A DNA stretch of 64,000 nt from Lachnospiraceae bacterium (GTDB lineage Bacteria; Bacillota; Clostridia; Lachnospirales; Lachnospiraceae): the NCBI GenBank assembly GCA_045640905.1, contig JAZUFW010000058.1, forward strand, positions 9,881 to 73,880. The letters are read 5' to 3'. Shown in pieces: positions 9,748-17,804 of the stretch (the first letter of the stretch is position 1; each line of letters starts with the position of its first letter). The notes below the pieces were generated by a model, which made no database searches, was not told the origin of the DNA, and was given only the letters and a program-made list of their open reading frames with translations. The translations under genes were made by a program, and so were the position numbers.

Positions 9748-10293
9748 TTAATCTTCTCCGATTAGGTGAACGGAAGTATAGTCGTGTTTTACCTTAGGAA
9801 GAAATACCTGCAATAAATCATTCAGGGATATCTTTAGCGAACTTGTATTAATGCAGGGGTGACAACCCACATAGTCCGAATTGAGAATATCTTCATCAAT
9901 CAGGAGCTTTACGCTGCAATCGGTATCGTTCATAAGTCCCATTACGGATAAGGATCCCGGAGTGATGTTTAATAATCGCTCCATATCTTCACCTTCGGCG
10001 AAGGACAGTCTGGCGGAATTTATCTGCGATGACAATTCCTTTGTCTTGAACTTTTTATCTCCCGGCATCATGAGCAGGTAAAAGTCAGTTTTTTGGCGGT
10101 TGCAAAGTAAAAGATTTTTGCATACGTGCCCGCCGAGAGTTTTGTCGGCTTCGAGACAATCTTCCATGGTCATAAGTGGTTCATGGTCTACCCGGTCATA
10201 TTCAATGCCTGCTTTGTCAAGAAAATCGTAAACCTTTATTTCTTTATCTAATCTGCCCGTCGTATCGGCGGGTCTTCCGTGAAAAAGTTCCAT
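9748..10293 (-). CDS. YbaK/ProX-type aminoacyl-tRNA editing (deacylase) domain protein
   Basis: 181 aa. CKNLLLCNRQ...YLLMMPGDKKF and PGSLSVMGL are typical of the prolyl-tRNA synthetase associated domain family. Confidence 0.75.
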   Translation of the reverse strand: MELFHGRPADTTGRLDKEIKVYDFLDKAGIEYDRVDHEPLMTMEDCLEADKTLGGHVCKNLLLCNRQKTDFYLLMMPGDKKFKTKELSSQINSARLSFAEGEDMERLLNITPGSLSVMGLMNDTDCSVKLLIDEDILNSDYVGCHPCINTSSLKISLNDLLQVFLPKVKHDYTSVHLIGED

Positions 10294-10318
10294 AATGCTG
10301 TACGTATAATGCGTCTGT

Positions 10319-10921
10319 TTACAGAGATAATTGAGAATAAACCTCGCATCTCAATGACGAATCGTTTTCAAAAACACCTCTTGAAACACGGCTGACTGTT
10401 TTGGTTCCGGGCTTTTTGATTCCGCGGCTGGTCATGCAGCTGTGTTCGCCTTCGACTATGACCATTATGTCGTCGGTGTTCAAAATCTTGCCCAATACAT
10501 CGGCAATGTCCGAGGTGATTCTCTCCTGAAGCTGAAGTCTTTTACATACCATGTCGGATATTCGGGCCAGTTTGCTTAAGCCGATAACTCTGCCGTTGGG
10601 AATATAAGCGATGTTAACCTTCATATTGTACATCAGCGCAATATGATGCTCGCAGAAACTGAAAACATCGATATCCTTCATGACAATCAATTCATTCTCG
10701 GTAGTTTCTTCAAAACATTTATTGAACATCTCGGCTATTTCGTCGTTTGAATAGCGCATGCCCTCAAAGACTTCGTCATACATGCGTGCGACTCTGTCGG
10801 GAGTTTCCGTAAGGCCTTCTCTTTCGGGATCTTCGCCCAATGCCTCCAGAATGTCTCTGACCGATTTTTTGATTATATTCATTTGATTTTCGGATAAATG
10901 CCTGTTAATCATGCCTTGCAT
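10319..10921 (-). CDS. folE: GTP cyclohydrolase I
   Basis: 200 aa. [26 protein letters not shown] and EHSCMTSRG motifs. Confidence 0.9.
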   Translation of the reverse strand: MQGMINRHLSENQMNIIKKSVRDILEALGEDPEREGLTETPDRVARMYDEVFEGMRYSNDEIAEMFNKCFEETTENELIVMKDIDVFSFCEHHIALMYNMKVNIAYIPNGRVIGLSKLARISDMVCKRLQLQERITSDIADVLGKILNTDDIMVIVEGEHSCMTSRGIKKPGTKTVSRVSRGVFENDSSLRCEVYSQLSL

Positions 10922-11028
10922 TATACTCTATGTGATTTTAACTTGCAAAGGGAAAATAATTGGACTTTACCCGGAGTAATATCAAATCATGAACAGGAAG
11001 AAAGCGTATGGAGCTTCGGGAGGGAAAT

Positions 11029-11403
11029 ATGAGACTAATAAAAAACAATTCGGCATTTTTGATTTTTACTGTTTTTCTTATAGCAGTGATTGCGTTCTGT
11101 ATAAAAGGAACCGTAAAAGGCATGGACAAATCTTCATATTCATATGATGAGAGTATGGAAGAATACTATAGACAATGCGAAAAGGAATATGTGGCAAAGG
11201 TCAAAGAATATTTGAATGCGAACGGCTTTTCAAATGCCGGAGTAATGCTTACAAAAGTAACCGATTCAGATTTGACCAGACACTATACATTAACCGTCAA
11301 TCATCATAAACTGACGAATGTGTCACAAATCGACAGCGCGGTTTCCGATATTGATTTCCCTGTAGATGATGCGGAAATAATCATAATGACAACTAATCGA
11401 TGA
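11029..11403 (+). CDS. Hypothetical protein with one N-terminal TM helix
   Basis: ATG at 11029 follows a GGGAGGG RBS. One TM helix, no recognisable domain. Confidence 0.45.
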   Translation: MRLIKNNSAFLIFTVFLIAVIAFCIKGTVKGMDKSSYSYDESMEEYYRQCEKEYVAKVKEYLNANGFSNAGVMLTKVTDSDLTRHYTLTVNHHKLTNVSQIDSAVSDIDFPVDDAEIIIMTTNR

Positions 11404-11475
11404 ACAGATATAATTACTGTAATCAGCATCATTATTTCTTTACTATTTATGATGATGTGGAAAGGAATTACGGTA

Positions 11476-12012
11476 ATGGAAATAAAAATCGGTGAGATTT
11501 ACAAGCATTTCAAAGGAAATATGTACAAAGTTATCTGTGTGGCCAAACACAGCGAAACAGGAGAAAAAATGGTTATATACCAGGCTCTCTACGGCGAAAA
11601 TGAAATTTACGCGCGTCCTTTGAATATGTTTTTGGAAAAGGTAGATAAAAACAAATACCCTGATGCAACACAGGAATACAGATTTGAACCTTGGAACAGT
11701 GCATCACTTTCCCCTGCGGCAAATGTATCGACAATCAGTAATGTTGAAACCGAAGTTTTGTTTGATGATGAAAATGATGAAAATCCGAACATAGATCCCA
11801 GAGTAATCGCTTTTCTCGATGCCAGAAATTATGATGAAAAGCTGAGCATTCTTCAGAACATGCGCAGGGATGTTACCGATGAGATGATAAATACGATGGC
11901 GTTCGGAATAGACATAGAATTAAATGAAGGTACCTGTGAAGAAAAGTACAACGAACTTTTGAATTGTGTAATGCTTAAAGAAAAATTCGAGTGTAACAGA
12001 TTGCGACAGTAA
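11476..12012 (+). CDS. DUF1653 domain protein with an extra C-terminal region
   Basis: N-terminus IYKHFKGNMYKV...ETGEKMVIYQALYGE...YARPLNMF matches the DUF1653 pattern. Start chosen at the internal ATG (MEIKIGEIYKHF). Confidence 0.65.
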   Translation: MEIKIGEIYKHFKGNMYKVICVAKHSETGEKMVIYQALYGENEIYARPLNMFLEKVDKNKYPDATQEYRFEPWNSASLSPAANVSTISNVETEVLFDDENDENPNIDPRVIAFLDARNYDEKLSILQNMRRDVTDEMINTMAFGIDIELNEGTCEEKYNELLNCVMLKEKFECNRLRQ

Positions 12013-12049
12013 AGCTTTATATATAAAAAACGTCGCCTCACAGGAATTA

Positions 12050-12063
12050 AGAACAAATGTTCG
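12050..12063. promoter_or_regulatory. Candidate LexA (Cheo/SOS) box 1
   Basis: AGAACAAATGTTCG is a perfect GAAC-N4-GTTC palindrome, 9 nt upstream of the -35 element. Confidence 0.55.
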
Positions 12064-12071
12064 AAAAGGCA

Positions 12072-12100
12072 TTGACAAAACATATGTTCGATAGTAATAT
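12072..12100 (+). promoter_or_regulatory. Sigma-A type promoter for the 5'-nucleotidase gene
   Basis: TTGACA (12072-12077), 17-nt spacer, TAATAT (12095-12100). Confidence 0.6.
12077..12090. promoter_or_regulatory. Candidate LexA (Cheo/SOS) box 2, inside the promoter spacer
   Basis: AAAACATATGTTCG matches 12 of 14 positions of the Firmicutes consensus CGAACATATGTTCG. Confidence 0.5.
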
Positions 12101-12144
12101 TTCTTTTACAGAGAGCATCTTAAAGGATGCGTGAGGTGAACGGT

Positions 12145-13068
12145 ATGGCATATGAATTAGAAAGCAAACTTGTTATTGGAGTATCATCCAGAGCGTTATT
12201 TGATCTGACAGCCGAAAACGAAATTTTCGAGAATGAAGGAATTGATGCGTACTGCAAATATCAGGTGGAGCATGAAAATGATCTGCTTCTTCCCGGAAAC
12301 GGATTCCCGCTTGTAAAGGCACTTCTTAATATTAATAAAATTCCGGGTCAGGAAGGAAGAGTCGAAGTTATAGTAATGTCACATAATTCTCCGGACACTT
12401 CTCTGAGAGTGTTCAATGCCATTGAACACTACGGACTTGATATTACCAGGGCCGTATTGGCATCCGGAGCGCCTTTGACTCCGTATTTGGAGGCATTTAA
12501 TACGGACCTTTACCTTTCGGCAGATGAATCAGATGTTCAATCGGCTATTGATTGCGGCATAGCTGCAGGTATCATATGCTGTGATACCATTCAAACTCCG
12601 GTCAGAAATGAGGACGGAGATATTTCCCAAATCAGAATTGCCTTTGATGGGGATGCAGTTCTATTTTCCGATGATTCCGAGCAGATATATCAGGCAGAAG
12701 GCTTGGAAGCTTTTGAAGAAAATGAACGCAGACTGGCGAAGGACCCTATGAAAGCGGGGCCCTTTGCCAAGTTCCTTAAGACCATTTCGGACCTTCAAAA
12801 AGAACTGCCGCAGAACGAAGCGCCTATCAGAACCGCACTGGTTACCGCACGTTCCGCACCTTCACACGAACGTGTAATCAGAACTTTGAGAGCCTGGAAT
12901 GTGCGTATTGATGAAGCGTTCTTCCTTGGCGGAGTTACCAAGAGAGATGTGCTTAAAGCGTTTGGAGCACATATATTCTTTGACGACCAGGCGGTACATA
13001 CTACACCCGCTTCAACGGTGGTCCCTTCGGCCAGAGTTCCGTACAAAAATAAGAAACGTGATCCCTAA
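12145..13068 (+). CDS. cN-I type (cytosolic 5'-nucleotidase I-like, pfam06189-type) 5'-nucleotidase
   Basis: VSSRALFDL, EIFENEGIDAY, QVEHEN, IAFDGDAVLFSD, LVTARSAPS and HIFFDDQ resemble animal cN-IA over the full length (recalled). ATG at 12145 follows GAGGTG. Confidence 0.75.
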   Translation: MAYELESKLVIGVSSRALFDLTAENEIFENEGIDAYCKYQVEHENDLLLPGNGFPLVKALLNINKIPGQEGRVEVIVMSHNSPDTSLRVFNAIEHYGLDITRAVLASGAPLTPYLEAFNTDLYLSADESDVQSAIDCGIAAGIICCDTIQTPVRNEDGDISQIRIAFDGDAVLFSDDSEQIYQAEGLEAFEENERRLAKDPMKAGPFAKFLKTISDLQKELPQNEAPIRTALVTARSAPSHERVIRTLRAWNVRIDEAFFLGGVTKRDVLKAFGAHIFFDDQAVHTTPASTVVPSARVPYKNKKRDP

Positions 13069-13076
13069 AATTTGTT

Positions 13077-13103
13077 AAAGCCATGGCAAATGCCATGGCT
13101 TTA
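13077..13103. terminator. Hairpin terminator between convergent genes
   Basis: aaaGCCATGgcaaatgcCATGGCttt, with a weak T tract. Confidence 0.55.
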
Positions 13104-13126
13104 TCTCGATTGTGTGATGGGTTGTT

Positions 13127-14101
13127 TTATTTTAGTAACTGTATTTTTTCTTTTTCACAGGTGATGGTAACCGATGTACTCTTCATGGTAACTTCACCAT
13201 CGGTGTGAACCCAGCACGGAGCTGAGGTTTCCAGTTTGACTTTCTTTCCGGAGTATTTATTGATCCCTTTAAATTTCAAATGCTTTCCTTTGGTAGCGGA
13301 AGGTAAAGCTCTTAAAACGTTAAATTTGGACATGTTGTTTACTGTACAAATTTCTAAAATTCCGTCCGTATAATCAGCGTGGGGACAAAACATAAATCCG
13401 CCGCCCTCGTACTGATGAACCATACATGTTACAAAAAGAAAATTCGGAAGTTTTATTTTTTTGTTGTCATCTATGGTCATAAAACAGTCACAGTTCTTTG
13501 TGAATAAGATCTGTTTCAGTGCTACGACCAAATATATGAGTTTTCCCAATCCCAATTTATTCAGAACTGTTTTTAACGGAGAAACCATTGCTTCTTCGCA
13601 AATGGCCGCATCGAAACCGATTCCCATACTGACATCGAAATATCGTTTGCTGATGATGTTTTCTTCGTGCTTTGAAGAATATTCTCTGGACACTTCATTA
13701 TATTGAAGACATCCCAAGTCCATATAGTGCGGTGTCTTGCAGTTGATGATGTTCAAAAGACATTCTTTGGGGTCATCGGGAAGTTTCAGGTCACGGGATA
13801 AATCATTGCTGGAACCTGTGGGGACGTAGCCAATCTGGACGCGACTGAAATCGGAAATACCCTGGAGAGCCTCGTTCATGGTGCCGTCACCGCCGAGAAC
13901 AATCAACTTAATTACTTCGTCGGATTCTTTCGACAGTTCTGATGATGTTATTTCTCTGGCCAATTCAATGACGTTTCCTGCTTTTTTTGAAAAATGTACT
14001 TTGTAATCGACACCGTTGTCACACAGAACAGGCTCGATATCTGACCATAGTTTTTTACCTTTTCCGGTTCTTGAGGCCGGGTTTACGATTACGTGATACA
14101 T
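13127..14101 (-). CDS. Diacylglycerol kinase family lipid kinase (YegS/DagK-like)
   Basis: MYHVIVNPASRTGKG at the N-terminus and the GGDGTMNEA motif. ATG at 14101 chosen over the upstream in-frame start. Confidence 0.85.
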   Translation of the reverse strand: MYHVIVNPASRTGKGKKLWSDIEPVLCDNGVDYKVHFSKKAGNVIELAREITSSELSKESDEVIKLIVLGGDGTMNEALQGISDFSRVQIGYVPTGSSNDLSRDLKLPDDPKECLLNIINCKTPHYMDLGCLQYNEVSREYSSKHEENIISKRYFDVSMGIGFDAAICEEAMVSPLKTVLNKLGLGKLIYLVVALKQILFTKNCDCFMTIDDNKKIKLPNFLFVTCMVHQYEGGGFMFCPHADYTDGILEICTVNNMSKFNVLRALPSATKGKHLKFKGINKYSGKKVKLETSAPCWVHTDGEVTMKSTSVTITCEKEKIQLLK

Positions 14102-14129
14102 GGGAATGTTCCTTTCAATATATATAGTT

Positions 14130-14397
14130 TCACAGTACTCCACTTTCATTCGCAAGCGGATTGCTCATATCGTGGAGTCCCTGCTTCGCAACTATTCACA
14201 GTCCTCCACTTTCATTCGCAATCATCGCTGCTGCGCAGCTTCAAAGCTTGCTTCGCAAGCGGATTGCTCATATCGTGGAGTCCCTGCTTCGCAACTATTC
14301 ACAGTACTCCACTTTCATTCGCAATCATCGCTGCTGCGCAGCTTCAAAGCTTGGTTCGCAAGCGGAGTGCTCATATGGTGGAGTCCCCGCTTCGCAG
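14130..14397. repeat. Modular tandem repeat array (modules A-B / A-C-B / A-C-B'), full unit 103 bp
   Basis: Module A (25 bp) at 14130, 14196 and 14299. Module B (41 bp) at 14155, 14258 and 14361 (diverged). Module C (37 bp) at 14221 and 14324. Copies differ by 1-4 substitutions. Confidence 0.85.
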
Positions 14398-14448
14398 GTT
14401 TGATATATGAGCAATGCTTGTCTCTTACATGCAAGCATGACGATATTA

Positions 14449-14612
14449 GTGCTTCAGTTTTTAATTAACCGGACTTTATTGCTTGCCTGTTTCCGCGATA
14501 GTACAGATTCAAAAAGCCTCGACAATGCCCGCATTGCCTTCGTTTTTTGAACTGCACTCTCACAAAAACATTCGGCGCAAAAAGTCCACTTATTAAGAAA
14601 CTGAATCACTAG
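14449..14612. repeat. MITE-like element, long copy (same ends as 2381-2463, opposite orientation, ~80-bp nested insert)
   Basis: 14449-14497 and 14574-14612 match the reverse complement of 2381-2463 almost base for base. The insert at 14498-14573 carries an A-run/hairpin/T-run structure. Confidence 0.65.
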
Positions 14613-14662
14613 CATTTCTCATATATCAACTGTGAATAGTGACATTATGTACGATGTTATTA

Positions 14663-14691
14663 TAGTCAATAAAAATAAATTATGCTATACT
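14663..14691 (+). promoter_or_regulatory. Putative glyA promoter (extended -10)
   Basis: TAGTCA, 17 nt, TATACT, with TG at 14683-14684 (TGcTATACT). Confidence 0.4.
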
Positions 14692-14744
14692 TTTTCAGGA
14701 ACGCTCGGGCGTTCTTTAAAAATGCATAAAAGGAGAGTATCGAA

Positions 14745-15983
14745 ATGTATTCATTGGATGAAGTTAGAAACGTTGATCCCGAAGTTGCACAGGCAATTGT
14801 GGATGAACAGGAAAGACAGAATTCCCATATAGAGCTTATTGCCTCTGAGAACTGGGTATCTAAAGCTGTTATGGCTGCAATGGGAAGCCCCTTAACCAAC
14901 AAATATGCGGAAGGTTATCCCGGAAAGAGATATTACGGCGGATGCGACTGCGTTGATGTTGTTGAAGAGTTAGCCAGAGAAAGAGCCAAGGAATTATTCC
15001 ATTGCGATTATGTTAATGTTCAGCCCCATTCCGGCGCACAGGCCAATATGGCAGTTTTCTTCGCAGTAATGGAACCCGGTGATACATTTATGGGAATGAA
15101 CCTTGATCATGGCGGACATTTGTCACACGGTTCACCGGTTAATATGTCAGGAAAGTATTTTAACTGTGTGCCTTACGGTGTAAATGATGAAGGTTTTATA
15201 GATTATGATGAAGTAAGAAGGATTGCTCTTGAATGCAAACCCAAGATGATAGTTGCGGGTGCAAGCGCATATGCCAGAAAGATTGATTTTAAGAAATTCC
15301 GTGAAATCTGTGATGAAGTAGGCGCTGTAATGATGGTAGATATTGCACATATAGCAGGTTTGGTTGCTACAGGTTACCATGAAAGCCCTATTCCTTATGC
15401 TGACGTTGTTACCACTACAACTCACAAGACATTGCGCGGACCCAGAGGCGGTATGATTATGTGTAATCAGGCTGCTGCAGATAAGTATAACTTCAACAAG
15501 GCTATATTCCCCGGTATTCAGGGTGGCCCTTTGATGCATGTTATCGCTGCCAAGGCAGTTTGCTTTAAAGAAGCATTAAGCCCCGAATTTAAGCAATATG
15601 CAAAGAATATTATTGATAATGCACAGGCATTGGCCAATGGATTATTAAAGAGAGGTTTGAGCATTGTTTCCGGAGGAACAGATAATCATTTGATGCTTTT
15701 GGATCTTCGCCCTCAGGGATTAACAGGTAAGGAAATCGAGAAACTTCTTGATGAAGCACATATTACCGCAAACAAGAATACAGTTCCCAATGATCCTCAA
15801 AAGCCTTTTGTAACCAGCGGTATCAGACTTGGAACACCTGCCGTAACATCCAGAGGCATGAATACGGAGGATATGGATCGCATAGCTGAAGCTATTTCGT
15901 TCATTGTTAAGGAAGGAACTGACGGTGTACCCAAGGCCAGAGCTATCGTAGATGAACTTACAAAGAAGTATCCTTTGATTTAG
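14745..15983 (+). CDS. glyA: Serine hydroxymethyltransferase
   Basis: 412 aa. [35 protein letters not shown] motifs. RBS AAGGAGAG. Confidence 0.95.
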   Translation: MYSLDEVRNVDPEVAQAIVDEQERQNSHIELIASENWVSKAVMAAMGSPLTNKYAEGYPGKRYYGGCDCVDVVEELARERAKELFHCDYVNVQPHSGAQANMAVFFAVMEPGDTFMGMNLDHGGHLSHGSPVNMSGKYFNCVPYGVNDEGFIDYDEVRRIALECKPKMIVAGASAYARKIDFKKFREICDEVGAVMMVDIAHIAGLVATGYHESPIPYADVVTTTTHKTLRGPRGGMIMCNQAAADKYNFNKAIFPGIQGGPLMHVIAAKAVCFKEALSPEFKQYAKNIIDNAQALANGLLKRGLSIVSGGTDNHLMLLDLRPQGLTGKEIEKLLDEAHITANKNTVPNDPQKPFVTSGIRLGTPAVTSRGMNTEDMDRIAEAISFIVKEGTDGVPKARAIVDELTKKYPLI

Positions 15984-16004
15984 TATATTTTAATAAATTA
16001 ACGT

Positions 16005-16043
16005 AAAATCGCGTAGGCTGCCAAGCCTACGCGATTTTAGTTT
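16005..16043 (+). terminator. Rho-independent terminator of glyA
   Basis: ATCGCGTAGGC-tgccaa-GCCTACGCGAT followed by TTTTAGTTT. Confidence 0.85.
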
Positions 16044-16153
16044 GAACCATTTGAAAAAATCAAACAATTCAATCAATTTAAACTATTAAATCAAATAATA
16101 ATATAAAATATCAAACAACTTTCGAAAAACTTAAAATATTTTTAAAAATTGTA

Positions 16154-16181
16154 TTGACAAATAATATACTGATGTTATAAT
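16154..16181 (+). promoter_or_regulatory. Near-consensus sigma-A promoter with extended -10 and AT-rich upstream region
   Basis: TTGACA (16154-16159), 16-nt spacer, TGtTATAAT (TATAAT at 16176-16181). The region 16040-16150 is extremely AT-rich. Confidence 0.65.
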
Positions 16182-16187
16182 GAGTAC

Positions 16188-16535
16188 ATAAACAAGAAAC
16201 AAGTACAACACATATAAAACACATAAACACAAGAAGTAATTCTTGAGAAAGAGAGGTACACTCCCCCAAACACATAAACAGATTTCCGGTAGTCATACCC
16301 GGAGATCCATAGAAATTAAAATAGAGGGTCGATCGCAGAGAGCTACGTATTTTTGAGACGAGATTATCACAGGATAACGTCAAACATGTTAATACACAAA
16401 TGGTAGTGAGGACAGAGCGAGGACGCGGACAACTTCATAGGAACTTATCAATTAGCAACTAATAAGAGAGGTACAGTCCATTGGAAAGTATAGTTTAGAA
16501 GCGGGTATCGAATTTGATGCCCGCTTCGTTGTTGC
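16188..16535 (+). ncRNA. Candidate non-coding transcript or long 5' leader of unknown class
   Basis: About 350 nt downstream of the promoter with no credible ORF. Hairpins at 16282-16308 and 16498-16527. ACATAAACA occurs three times and AAGAGAGGTACA twice. Confidence 0.3.
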
Positions 16536-16591
16536 ATTCCTAAAAATGTGGTAAAATACCTTTGATTTATGGAAAGAACAGGAGATTTATT

Positions 16592-16885
16592 ATGGCTAGA
16601 GATATTGATGAAGAATTTGATGATTACAAAGATTCCTATGATGACGACTTCGATGATGAAGTTGCACGAAGAGAATACAGAAGAAAAAGACGTGTACGTA
16701 ATCATGCAATATCGATTGTGGTAACGATAATTCTCTTGGGAGGAATTGCATTCGGTGTGTATACGGGTGTTTCTATGATTCTGGATCAGGTAAACGCGCA
16801 AAAGGCGGCAGATGCAGCAGCCTCACAGGTTCAGGAACTGTCCGAAGACGAACAGATAGTGATAGAAGGACCGGATGCTCAATAA
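16592..16885 (+). CDS. Small protein with acidic N-terminus and a single TM helix
   Basis: ATG at 16592 follows the RBS ACAGGAG. D/E-rich N-terminus, then a basic patch, then one TM helix. No known domain. Confidence 0.5.
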   Translation: MARDIDEEFDDYKDSYDDDFDDEVARREYRRKRRVRNHAISIVVTIILLGGIAFGVYTGVSMILDQVNAQKAADAAASQVQELSEDEQIVIEGPDAQ

Positions 16886-16932
16886 TAATCCTGTTTGCGT
16901 AACCGGCAGGAGTAAAGATTAGAGGCGATATT

Positions 16933-17796
16933 GTGAAAAAAGTATTTAGTTCGATTGTGACTGTTTTGGTGACATTCGCATTGGTTGCAGGACTTTCATT
17001 GGTTCCTAAAACTGATGTTAATGCTGCAAAGAAACAGAAAGTATCTGAAGAACAGCAGCATGTATACGATTTAATCGCTTACAGAGATTCTTTGATTGCA
17101 CAGGGGAATTCGGATCCGGAATATATAAAATATGTTAATTCCGTGATAGATGCCGAGCAGAAAGCAATTGATGATAAAGCTGCCATGGAAGCAGCACTCG
17201 CCCAGCAGCAACAGGCACTTAAGGAAGCACAGGCATTAAAGGCTGCGCAGCAGAAAGAAGTCCTGAAAGCGATGGGTGTTAAAAACGGAGATTTGGCAGC
17301 AGCTGCCAAAAAGTCCACGAAAGGTGTTTTCATGATCGGCGATTCGAGATTTGTTGATATGCGTAATGTGGTAGGAACGAACGGAGCATCTATAGTGGCT
17401 GCAGGCTGGATGGGATACGACTGGATGTGTGATACGGCCATTCCCTATGTTGACCCGTATATAGGAAAAGGCTCAAGAGTCGTTATCAATTTAGGCGTTA
17501 ACGATATGTATAATGCTGATAAATACATAGCTACCGTCAATGCGAAAGCCGCCGAGTGGGCACAACGAGGAGCAAGGGTTTACTATGCAACTGTTAATCC
17601 TTCAGACCCGGGAGCCAGCAAGTCGGATTATGCTATTACCGAATTTAACAATAAATTGAAGGCCGGACTTTCCGGTGTCGGAATTATTGATACCAATACT
17701 TTCTTAAAGGGATACGGGTACACTACTACCGACTGCCTTCACTATGATGCTATGACCAGCTACAACGTCTATTGTTATATTATGAGTCAGATTTAA
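16933..17796 (+). CDS. Secreted SGNH/GDSL-family hydrolase with N-terminal coiled-coil region
   Basis: GTG start. Signal peptide, A/Q/K-rich helix, and SGNH blocks FMIGDSRF, GVND and DCLHYD. Confidence 0.8.
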   Translation: MKKVFSSIVTVLVTFALVAGLSLVPKTDVNAAKKQKVSEEQQHVYDLIAYRDSLIAQGNSDPEYIKYVNSVIDAEQKAIDDKAAMEAALAQQQQALKEAQALKAAQQKEVLKAMGVKNGDLAAAAKKSTKGVFMIGDSRFVDMRNVVGTNGASIVAAGWMGYDWMCDTAIPYVDPYIGKGSRVVINLGVNDMYNADKYIATVNAKAAEWAQRGARVYYATVNPSDPGASKSDYAITEFNNKLKAGLSGVGIIDTNTFLKGYGYTTTDCLHYDAMTSYNVYCYIMSQI

Positions 17797-17804
17797 TAGG
17801 TTTT

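Noticed and set aside
10922-11028. A THF riboswitch upstream of folE on the minus strand.
   Set aside because: Only about 100 nt is available, and it is shared with a divergent promoter. No conserved THF aptamer-like helices are evident.
14130-14397. Possible CRISPR array, because short repeats recur at regular spacing.
   Set aside because: Every segment between the repeats is itself repeated (modules A, B and C all recur), so there are no unique spacers. The repeat lengths and spacing do not fit a repeat-spacer pattern, and no cas genes or leader are present in the window.
14093-14468. Three overlapping + strand ORFs (105, 122 and 80 aa), one in each forward frame.
   Set aside because: All three frames are open only because the tandem repeat lacks stop triplets. 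The translations are low-complexity echoes of the repeat, there is no RBS, and three overlapping real genes here is implausible.
14613-14744. A ZTP (pfl) or THF riboswitch in front of glyA.
   Set aside because: The leader is only about 50 nt after the putative -10 element. It contains just one small hairpin (GAACGC-tcgg-GCGTTC), and I could not see the ZTP pseudoknot consensus (GGGUCGUGAC ... CCGGGCGCCUGGG type).
16188-16535. A T-box leader or known riboswitch (TPP, c-di-GMP, SAM, FMN, B12, ZTP).
   Set aside because: The region contains AGAGA and GGTAC strings. It lacks the T-box GGUGGUACCGCG core, the B12 box, a TPP CUGAGA...ACCUGAUCUGGAUAAUGCCAGCG-type core and GEMM GCAAA tetraloop-receptor features. 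The downstream genes are also not typical targets. This was judged by eye only, so a covariance-model scan is still needed.
16111-16801. Minus-strand ORFs 16111-16383 (90 aa) and 16448-16801 (117 aa) in the glyA-downstream intergenic region.
   Set aside because: No RBS, odd composition, and no domain signal. The second overlaps the better-supported + strand small TM protein gene. The region is better explained by a + strand promoter and non-coding transcript.
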